The translations under genes were made by a program, and so were the position numbers. Below the pieces are notes generated by a model. It saw only the letters and a program-made list of their open reading frames with translations. It was not told the origin of the DNA and ran no database searches. A stretch of 64,000 nucleotides of DNA from Epiperipatus broadwayi (lineage: Eukaryota; Animalia; Onychophora), in the NCBI GenBank assembly GCA_028023455.1, contig JAQFVV010000007.1, positions 13,268,001 to 13,332,000 on the forward strand, read 5' to 3'. Positions 53,762-64,000 of the stretch are shown one piece after another. The first letter of the stretch is position 1. Each line of letters opens with the position of its first letter.

Positions 53762-55882
53762 TATTCAAAAATTCATATTATATATATATATATATATATA
53801 TAATTGAATTTTTGAATACCATTAAAACCTTACATAACTCTTGTCAGTAATATTATAATTCAAATTTGGTACAAAGAAATTATTTTCTTTATTTATTAGT
53901 AAGCCCACATAAACAAATATGTTCATTCTAAGTAAAGAAAAAAATAAAGAATTAAAGAAGTGCATTAAGTAAGAGATAAATTTAGATATATATCATGTTC
54001 ATCTCTTTCCCATATCAACAATATATTGTTGGATGACATTCTCTTTGAGAAATTAACTGGATGTCTTTGCTTCTTTTTTTATAAAAAATTGTTGTTCTCA
54101 AAGGAGATTTTGTGATTCTTTTTTAATCTCGATTGGATACACTGCAGTTTAGTTACACAAATACTACAAGTGGTATATCATACCACTCCTACGAAGAGTA
54201 CTTGTTTTATAAAAATATTGTTTTAAATTTGACTTTTTTATTATAAACATTATTTATGTATATATTAAAATGTTTGTATGAAACAATTAAAAATATATAA
54301 CAATAAATCACAATAATAAAGAAATAAAATTTATTTTAACTAGATTCAATAGATTTCTTTGTTATCATCAATTATTATGATAAAATAAATTTGCTTTTTA
54401 TTATTGTTGCTATTAGTTGCAAGAGCAAAAACAGTTGTAATTTGAGAAAAGATGGATAAAAATGATAACCACTTAGAGTAAACAATGTGACATATCACTC
54501 TGCCTGAAATGTGGGGTATAAAATTTAATCTATGCAAGCTACATTCAAACTAATTTGAGTTTTTCAAAATAGATACATATAGATGGAGGTATTGATAGAG
54601 TCTCCTGTTTTATTTAAAAATCATATATTACTTGTAGCCATTGAAGGTTAATAAAACAGGGCCAAGCTATAATTTATATTTTGTATGTTCTTGTCATTGT
54701 TGCTATATATAATAGATTTTTAGACATTAAATGTGATTGGACACATCATGTATTCCCACATATATCATATGTGGATATATTTGGCTTTTTATACTATGCT
54801 ATCATTAGAAAAAAAAAAAATTTTCTGAAAGATTTCAACTCTTTGCTTAATTGTAGCTCTCAGCTGTAATCTAACATAAGCTGAACCTTATTAATGACAG
54901 GATTAAGCATTTCATTACTTTAGAGCGTTGGCTAAATTTTTTATAATGAAAAAATAAAGCCTGTTTTATTGGTATATCCATGTTTTATATCCATACAATA
55001 AATTTGGTAAAATAACAAATCTATATATGACAAATGAATTGCAGAAGTTATATCTATGCTTTGAAATATCCTATCTTCTATATTTTTAAAAACAGCAACA
55101 CATTAGGACCTGTGAGGCAGTTTAACATTTAAGGACATCTTTCCACTTAAAATGGCTACCTAAATATTTTAATTAGCTTATATTTTCAACTTGATAACAT
55201 TCTAGTTAAAACTTGCTAATATTTTTCTTGATTTATTAAACCCAAAATTTGTATATACTACATTAAGAATATTAAGTACATTCTGTATATGACTTTCAAA
55301 CTGATGAGGATAGACAATTGACTTTTGCTTTTAATTGATTCAAATTAGGACTTTCATCATCAAATCTTATTTCATCTTGATACCTCATTCATTAACTTGT
55401 TTATAAGCAGTTTCAAAAATCACTATTAAAAAATTGAAAATTAGAGCTCTGTACAATACCAATTTTTATTTCAAATGCTTCAAATTTTTAAACATGACAG
55501 TTTTTGCCATTCTTTCATGTAAAAGCCATGTAATATAAATAATCATTGGTAACCAATTAATTATAACTCTAAGCAACATATTCAACAAAATTTTTGGAAG
55601 TATTTTTGGCTACAGTGAATACCAGTAATATTCCATAATAATTACAATAATTTTGTCTATTCCCTTTATTTTTAATAGTAGTAAAAATATTAGCATTCTT
55701 AAAATTAGACCCCATAACTTCATAAGTCCATATGTTGTTAAAAAACTGAATATTTTTGAATATAACATATTATTACCATATTTTAAACTTTTCCAGTTAT
55801 CTGGATTGACATTTTTTCTAAAATCACAAAGAGCTGTTTTGATTCCACTAAGTTAGATATCTTTGTCCAAATCTAAGTGAGC

Positions 55883-55985
<103 letters not shown>

Positions 55986-56389
55986 ACATTAGCACTCTAA
56001 ATCATTATTTAAAAGATTATCACAATATTTCCACCTCTTCAAAATATCATTTGTCATCATATAAAAGAGTATTATTGCTGTATTTAATAGCATTACAATA
56101 ACATTTCTGAAATCCAAGAATGATCTAAGGTGGCTGTAGCCAGTAAGTATGTATATCTTTGCATCTTAATGAAACAGTCATTTTTTTGTCACTTATAGAG
56201 CTTCTGACTTCAGTTCTCTCTAATTATTAATAAGTTCCATATTTAATTTTATTATTATTTCAAAAGTCAAACACCATATGTTGTATTTTAATCAAATTAC
56301 TAGTAATTAGATCATAGTCAATGATTTTTAGTGAATTCACAGAATACATTTACTTGTATCTGTGACTCTAAAAAGTTAAAAAAAAGATA

Positions 56390-57280
56390 AAATACATTAG
56401 ATAAGAAAGAGATATAATGAGCACAAATTAGAAGCAGAGAATGATTATGTTAAAATAGGATATAAAAAAAAGGTAATTAAAAATACTTTTAGAAATAAAA
56501 TTATAAATAGTAGAAATAAGTAAGATAAGAATAAATACAATGATTATAAGTTGATGTCTATTCCATATTCAAGGGAAGTATGTAAAAAGTTAATAAGAGA
56601 GAAATTACCAGATAATGTAAGAAGAGCTTGGGAAAATGGTATGTCTTCGGGTAGATGGTTATATAAATACAAATAGGAAAATGGTATTAAGAGTAAAGAA
56701 AGGATGGTTTATAAAATTGAATGTGGAAATTGAACTAAGGTATATATAGGACAGACATGCAGAACAATAAATGATTGAGGGAAGCAACATAATAAAGCAA
56801 TTAATAGGAGAGATATTAGACCAGAATCCTATATACATTGTCATAAAATGAACTGTGAGAACAATATTAGAGTTATAAAACATGAAAAAGAATTTGCTAT
56901 GAAACTTTATACATTCAGAAAAATTTGGATAGATGTGCAAATATAGTTTTAAAGATCCAGCAAAATTCAGTGAAAAATGGGCATTATTAATAATTTGAAG
57001 ATTTATAAAAGTGGGAGGAAGTAGAATTACTCATATACATGTATAAAAATATATGTATATAATTTTAAAAATTTAATGTAGTTTTATTTTATGTCATTTA
57101 TTTCTATGTTTATATGTGTAATGTTAATTATATGTTGAAGGTAAAATAATGTCCAATAGGTGGAGTAAATGTAATTTATAGGTCATGTGATATATAAAAC
57201 TGTATATCTTGAAAAGATGTCAATAAGATATGGAAGCCGATCGATAATTAAATAATTGTAAATATAATTAGTTGTTTGTT
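56390..57280 (+). mobile_element. Penelope-like element 3' fragment (GIY-YIG), family E
   Basis: MSIPYSREV...MVYKIECGN*TKVYIGQTCRTIND*GKQH; HHR-like motif downstream. Confidence 0.85.
57205..57246 (+). ncRNA. Decayed HHR with U3-A8 core (family E)
   Basis: TATC TTGAAAA GATGTC aataa GATATG GAAG CCGA TC GATA; stem I TATC/GATA is perfect. Confidence 0.55.
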
Positions 57281-57966
57281 TCAATCTTATTTAGATTATC
57301 ATTTTAAATATATATATAACAACATTGTGGACAAATAATTTTTATTAAATATTTGACCATTGTATATAAATTTATTTGCTACAATAACTTGAAAATGTTG
57401 AAAATCCAAATTAACAATTTTAATGTTTAATAAGTATTGAAATTTAGCACAAATAGTATATAATTCTAAAGAGTGGACATCATTTTTTGTTGATACGATT
57501 AGAATATGACTTACTTATTAACACAACTATCATTTTATTTCTTGGAAGGTACTAATTTATAATCTGTTCGATAATTTATGCTTGTAAATGTTCATGACAA
57601 AGATACTTTTTTGTATTCTGACCTTAGCTATAATGTAATCTGTTAAATGCCATTATTTTTGGTGTGAATGTTTCCATGATTTTTCTTTCTGCCTAAACAA
57701 AGTATTTATAATTGTCAATCCACATATTGTGCAAAAATTCAATTTCAACACATTGTTTAAGTTTACAACATTGATACCATTATTTCCAACCTTTGTTCAC
57801 AAACATATGAATTAATTTTCAAGAAGAAATAAAATATTTTATGTGCATTTCTGTTATAGTACTACCCATTGTTAAATAAAAAATTTTGTTGTTTATATTC
57901 TCAGAATTCAGTATGAAAGCATACACATTATTAAAATGAGTTATTACTATTATGTAAGTTACATTT

Positions 57967-58057
57967 TTTTTTCATATGTCAAAGCATTGGCTGTGAAGCA
58001 AACCTGGGACAACTGGTTGTAAGGCGGCTGTGTTAAGCATTCGGCCACCAACCCTTG
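57967..58057 (-). mobile_element. tRNA-Gly-derived retroposon, copy 2
   Basis: Minus 58054-57983 GGGTTGGTGGCCGAATGCTTAACACAGCCGCCTTACAACCAGTTG..CCAATGC, tail TTTGACATATGA(n); TSD aagttRcattt at 57956 and 58060. Confidence 0.85.
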
Positions 58058-58423
58058 ACAAGTTGCATTTTAATTCTATTATTGTTCATTTATACACTGC
58101 AGAATTTTAAGCATAAATGATAATAAATTACATTTCACAGCAAATCCAACACCATGAACTTTTCTTTCACTAGTTAATCTGTCACAAAACTTATAAGCAT
58201 CTACTTAGTGTATTAATCTTCCTTCCACTTGAAGATGAGTTTCATTAAAGCAACTATCTTGAAATTAAATCTTAATAGCTCTTTATTCACCAGCATTTGT
58301 CACATATTCAGATATTGAAGACTTTGTCCCAAGTAAAGTTCATACGTTCCACCTATCTATAATTAGAAAAAAAATAGATTATTTATCTTTAATACCACAA
58401 CTGCCTCCTTTTGCTTCTGATAC

Positions 58424-58535
58424 TATATTGGTGAGTATTTATCTTTTCTACATGTGTGTGGACATGTGTATCAGGAGTATGAGATATTGTGGACAGTTGA
58501 AGTTTGCTTGAAAGTCTGAGAACAAATCCCTATAT
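58424..58535 (+). mobile_element. Family A copy starting at the predicted HHR cleavage site
   Basis: Homology starts at tata ttggtgag and continues to aaagtctgag..aatccc. Confidence 0.7.
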
Positions 58536-60250
58536 TTATAATCATTTTCATAAATAATCTGCATGATGCAATAACCTAGTCAGATTGTTGAAGTAGACTA
58601 TTGTTAAATAACATTGTTTAAATCTTTTGCTCTTCCATGGTAAGCCAAGAATCTCCAAATAGGACTGGTTAAACATGTATTCTTTGCCATTCAGAACTCT
58701 TATCTCAAATTTAGTTCCTGACTCGTTAATAAACAGAATACCAGCATATCAAATATGATTATATCATTGCTTTTTAATTCTCAAAACTTGAGAAAAAAAA
58801 GATGATTAAGAAAATTGAAGTAAGAATCGTTGTATATGTGTAGTTAAAAATAGAAATGTGTTTACATACTCCCTTTATTATGATTTGTATAGAAGGATAG
58901 CAATGGCATGAGAGGTCCAAAGCAATCGATGACAATAAGAAAAAGAGGGTTACAGAAAACCTCTTTGCATAAAAATAGTATCTAGCTTTTGATAAATCAA
59001 CATCTTGTGATGGGAAAGAAAACTCTATTAATTTGTTATTCCAATTAACGCCATATCTAAAGGTCATAAATTTTCTAACTCTACATAATTTTATATTTAG
59101 AATTAAAAAACTAGTTCTATATAAAGATTCTTAAGATGAATGTAATTTCTAAAAAAAAAAGTCATCTATAATAAGAAAAGTTATAACCTATAATAAAAAT
59201 GTGAACTGTGAGTTGTATTAGAAAAGAAATTGTCATATTGATCACTTTTAGCAGTCTTCTGGGAGAATTTGTTTTATACTGATTGATAAATGAAACTTAT
59301 TTTAGTCAGGTTTATATTTTTAACATTGTAACAATTATTTATTGTCTATGTCAATAGCTGTTATCATTATTATAATGGCAGTATTAAATTAATCTTAAAT
59401 TTAAAAATATATGTATAAATGATAAGCAATATATATATATATATATGCATTCAGTTAAATCCATATTTTAAGTAAACCAGCCATATGGTACATTGAATGA
59501 TTTTGAGAATTGTTTGGGATATTTGCTATCTCATTATAGGCACAAATATATCTCACTGATCATGTGATATTATTTCTGAATTCAAAAAACTAAAATAAAC
59601 AACTTGACTCTTAATAAATATCATAAAGTAACATGTAGAGATTGCAATTAGGAAATAGATTTGCTAGTGACTTTATTAAGACCTTTTAATCTGAAAGTAC
59701 ATTCAGACATTTACCAGTTATTAGCAAAGTGACATGTAATTTATGCTTATTCACATTTAAATAGATTAATGGTTATTAAAAGTGTAATTTATGAAGTAGG
59801 TGATGTGCAATTGACAATGAATCATCCTGAACCTGTGGATGAGGCTCCAGTTTTATTTGGGAAGACCAGTTCTATATGGTTTTATCACTGCCTCTGGAAA
59901 AAAGAATTTGTTTGAAACCTCATAAGAACTCCATTATTTATACTATAATTCTTCAATTGTATATTCTTAGTTGAAAATTTAAAAAGCAATTCTGATTTGA
60001 TATGAATCTTAGGTAATGAAACTATATCTTGAGTTATTATCAAGTCTGATCTTCACAACAGCTTTTTAGACATTTTTTGTGAGTCAATTAATCTTCTGAT
60101 AATGAGATTTCCCTTCTGATAATTGGTGAAGAAGCATTTGAAAACAAGAAAACACTGTAACAAAATAGATTTGAGTGAACCAGTAATATTTATCATCGTA
60201 AATTTAATTTATGTTAGAAGCTTAGTGGGATATTTTTTTACTAATTGCAG

Positions 60251-60333
60251 CCACAATTTCTCCATCAGATGAAGCTGCCCATAAATCATATGCATTATTA
60301 TCTCAAGAAGTGTATTCCAGATTTCTAAGAAAG
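60251..60333 (+). CDS. Possible coding exon (xTISPSDEAAHKSYALLSQEVYSRFLRK), unassigned
   Basis: ctaat branch-like motif plus gcag acceptor, open frame, AAG|gtatct donor; phase-compatible candidate exon at 61034-61088. No homology recognised. Confidence 0.3.
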
Positions 60334-60460
60334 GTATCTTATATATCAATTTAGATCAGACCTCACATAAAAGGGGAAATATTTTTGACAACAATCCAAA
60401 GTGAGAATTAATTAGCAAGAGGTGGATTGGGTTTTGGTTTATTATTGTGAAAGTTGTCCT

Positions 60461-60535
60461 GAGTATATTGCACAGTTGGTAGAGCTTTTGACTTGATGAT
60501 ATCTGGATGTCCCAGGATAGATTCTGATGCTAGAA
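60461..60535 (+). pseudogene. Decayed tRNA-Phe-like sequence or SINE head
   Basis: GCACAGTTGGTAGAGC TTTTGACT..ATCT..GTCCCAGG resembles tRNA-Phe GCTCAGTTGGGAGAGC GTTAGACT GAAGATCT..GTCCCTGG. Confidence 0.45.
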
Positions 60536-62111
60536 AATCTGGCACATGGACTTCATCTGAACTCCAAAGCAATAAAGTCATAAGTCTTTATTTATTGAAA
60601 TAAGTTAAATTATGAAATGAAAAATTGGACTCACTGATTCTTTGGATTTTGACTAAGAGCTCAGACTCTGAAAAAAAATTCCAATTTGTTCATGACTTTA
60701 TAGAGACACTTTTTTATTCTAATAATGAACCTCTTTGGAAGTCAAAACAATATCATTAACATAGGGTAATTTTCTGAATTTATGTTCCTGGAAGATTACT
60801 GAATGTTAGCAATAAAGCAGGCAAGAAAACTGAACTCTATGGTAGACTGCCCTGAAGAATATGATATTTATTACAATGGTCATTTAGTATCCCTTGAGTT
60901 TTTGTGTTGAAGAGTATTTAGGACAAACTAAGAATATTACAAATCTTTTAAAAGATGCAATTTGTTTTCAAGTAGAATTGTAAGTAAAGATAATACCAAT
61001 TTTTAATTTACACTTTTTAATATGAGTTGTTAGAGAAACACTAACTCACAACAGCATCTTTATGGTCTAAATCTCACCTGCTCTATAGGTAAATAGTTAA
61101 CAACTATTGCCCAAAATTTTATTCATGTTACCTATTCAAATAGTTTAATAAATACTCATAATAATAATATTGAGAAATAATTTTTTAATTAATTGTTTTA
61201 TGTTTATAGCAAATGTTTCAAATGTTTTTATATGTTATCAAACAATTTGCCATTTATACGTTGATGTTAGGTCCTAAATTTTTAGAATCTCTTGAAATAT
61301 GCTATATCACGCTGGACCCTATTGTGATTTAATTTAATCAAGGGCAAGTTCATACTCACTAATATCTATTTATTTATGAGATTGGGATTAAAATTTTTTA
61401 TGAAATATAAGCTTGTAATTTTGCTTTACTGATGCATATTCTCATTATATTAATCTTGGATTAAGATGCATGATAAATAAAATTAAAAATCTTATTAGCA
61501 GTAATAAATATTTGTTTTTAGAATGCTTTTACAGATTCCATGCTTATGTAACATAAATAATGCATTATCACTAGATTTTGTAAAGTTTTATTTCTCCATG
61601 TTCTCTCTCTATGTTATTTTATCTGGCAAATTTTAATCAGCAATTTTTTTTCAGTAAACAGAAACTGAATATAAAAAATACCAATTTCAATCTGAAATTA
61701 GTTGATTTCAATATTCATGGGAATATGCACTTTGTTAGTTTTTGCTATGAGTTTGTACATCTGTATATAGATTGGTAACCTATTAATATCCTGTTCAAGA
61801 TATCCACTATATGAGGTACAATGAGTGTTACTTAAATTCTGTCTCAGAAGAGCATGACTCATGAAGAAGTGATCCAAAATCAGTCATTCTTCAGTGATGA
61901 CAAACATTTTGTGTCAAAACAAAATACAATCAAGAATTATTTCTGTTCTGAATGAAATGTCACTGTTTGATATCATGAAATCAATGCATGTTATTTAAGT
62001 CTATCCATTCTAAAAGCTGATAGTGTGTTTGATCCTCATTTATACATCTTCAAAGATTGCTATAAGAAATTAAATCTTCTGTAAATACAGAATAAGTTTA
62101 TAGAACTTGTT

Positions 62112-62205
62112 AAGTATCAATAGCCTAGTGGTTAGCATAGCTGCCTTACAAGCAGCTGGCCCAGGCTGGCTTCCCAGTCAACACATTTGACATATGAAAA
62201 AAAAA
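62112..62205 (+). mobile_element. tRNA-Gly-derived retroposon, copy 3
   Basis: 62114-62185 ..CCTAGTGGTTAGCATAGCTGCCTTACAAGCAGCTGGCCC..; tail TTTGACATATGA(n); 18-bp TSD aagYttatagaacttRtt at 62094 and 62204. Confidence 0.9.
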
Positions 62206-62647
62206 GCTTATAGAACTTATTTATATAATGGGCAAAGTAGTGGTATTCAAAATTAACTGAAGGCATGTTATAGGATGAAGTAAGTTACCATATCTACTTT
62301 TATCGCCACCTATTAATAATTACCAAAACAATACCATCAATCAAATTGTATTTTTAATTATTAAACATAATAGTGTCACTATCATGGTTTGGACATAATA
62401 AATAATTAAAAGGATTTGCTATTCAGGAATCAATGTTCATGTTGTGAAGGTAACTTTTTGAATTTAGGCATCCATGCATTCTAACTGCTATAATTTTGAA
62501 TTTAATGAGAGAATTAGATTTATCATTTAATCTAATTATTAAATTAACACTGCCATTTTTTTTATAAAAACTTGCTTTCAAATATTACTTTCAGAAAAAT
62601 GAGAATGATATTATCTATCTTCTATCATCTTTACAGTAAATGGATTT

Positions 62648-62921
62648 TAATATCTTATATAAATACAATTTATCCAAACCACTTCAAATACTTTTTAGCA
62701 AAAACCATTTATTGTACCTATATTGACTGTCCTGCAGTTTTCTTCAGAACTAGCTTACTTTAATCTTTTAAAAAATGTTTTTTAAAGCATTAAAGTAAAC
62801 TGGTTCTGAAGAAGACTGCAGGATAGTCAGAATGTAGGTGTATGTATATAGGTACAATAAAAGATTTTTGCTAAAAAGTTTTCAAAGTGGTCTGGATAAA
62901 TTGTATTTATATAAGATATTA
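62648..62921. mobile_element. Inverted pair (~120-bp arms) with HHR-like relics, family F
   Basis: CTGAAGA A GACTG cagga CAGTC (GAAA decayed) TATA GG at 62717-62750 (minus) and 62802-62838 (plus). Confidence 0.65.
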
Positions 62922-63139
62922 TGGCAAAATAAGGAAAAGGGTGATTTCAGTGAATTTAATATAATTTAAGCCTGTTGAAGCATTCTGGAATAATAATATA
63001 TTAATGTCTTTCAAAATGTTTAAGTGAATTTAATGCTATTCTTGATAAATAGCTTATTTTTTTCTAAATATTTTTGGTTTACATTACATTAATGAAGCAG
63101 CTATTTAATATCTAACATATAGGCTATATATATGTACAT

Positions 63140-63285
63140 ATACAAACAATGTAATATATAGGATATTTTGAGCTCAGATTTTCACATGACCCTCAACTCT
63201 CCACACTCTCTCGTATCATTGATGCATTTGACCACATATATGTCTAAAAGATAAATAATCACCAATATACATATTTTGTGCTAAA
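63140..63285 (-). mobile_element. Family A copy (3' half of HHR onward)
   Basis: Minus: tttagcac aaaa tatgtata ttggtgattatttatc...gaaaatctgagctc. Confidence 0.75.
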
Positions 63286-63834
63286 TAAAGCTGGTAGAAT
63301 GATACCATTATTTTGTTCAAGAGTTATATATAGGTTAAGCTTATAACTATTTTTTGGTGTGATGTCACTATGGAGATTAGGAATAATGATTACATATAGG
63401 GTTGACTTCAAGTTTTTATGTCTTCAGTAAAAAAAAATTAAAATAAAATGAATATGTGCCATAAAACATAAAGTTAGTCCTCAAAAATAACAATAAGTAT
63501 TGGTAATAAAGTTGTTATCCCTAGTGAGACAATGAAGCAAAAATAAATTATGAAGAAGTGCCTGTGTAATAATTATTTTAAAAATAGAGAATAAACATTA
63601 AGGATAATATGATATGCTACTTCAATGTCTAGGTTACATAACATGAATCTATGTGCATGATAAAATTTAGGATTTAGATTTTAATTAATTTGTGCTGGCC
63701 TTTCCCAGACAAGTCATCTTTGTATTAATTGGAAGCACTTTTAATTTACTATGTCTTTTCATATCAATATTATACTGTGTTGGTATGAATAAAAGATTGT
63801 TTTTTCAATAGTTGCATTACTCATGTACATATAC

Positions 63835-64000
63835 ATTGTACCGGTCAAAATCGTGTTCATTCAACAAGATCTAAAATCCAAGCAAATGTATATCCATCTA
63901 GTATGTGCAAGATACATAAGTCAGGAACAATACCAAATATCAACCTATTTACTAGTGCTCCAGGGTCTATGACTACATGAACAACACTTTCGATGATACT
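63835..64000 (+). mobile_element. Penelope-like RT N-terminal fragment (runs off the window)
   Basis: YPSSMCKIHKSGTIPNINLFTSAPGSMTT resembles the PLE motif YGLPKIHKxxxPLRPIVSxxGSxT. Confidence 0.5.

Noticed and set aside
58545-59067. Minus-strand open frames (GVNWNNKLIEFSF..; AGILFINESGTKFEIRV..) as host exons
   Set aside because: Splice sites are weak, no homology recognised, and dozens of such frames are expected by chance at this AT content.

Overview
Very AT-rich (roughly three quarters A+T by eye), largely CpG-depleted metazoan-type non-coding DNA, intergenic or intronic. No host protein-coding gene could be identified; nearly all ORF-track entries are microsatellite read-through, transposon debris or chance. 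The window is a mosaic of decayed mobile elements: five RTE-clade LINE fragments, at least four Penelope-like element (PLE) RT/GIY-YIG fragments, a Charlie-type hAT and a Merlin (IS1016-like) transposase relic, three TSD-flanked copies of a ~90-bp tRNA-Gly-derived retroposon, microsatellites and short tandem duplications. The main hidden signal is about 22 minimal type I hammerhead ribozyme (HHR) motifs or relics, sorted by eye into about 8 sequence families (labelled A-H here) in PLE 3' ends. Many sit in long inverted pairs whose 3' ends point outward. Three families share a U3-A8 core (UUGANAA) in place of CUGANGA, and one has a non-canonical CAGUAGA core in two separate copies. All alignments, folds and boundaries were done by eye; coordinates of decayed elements are approximate and no activity was tested.
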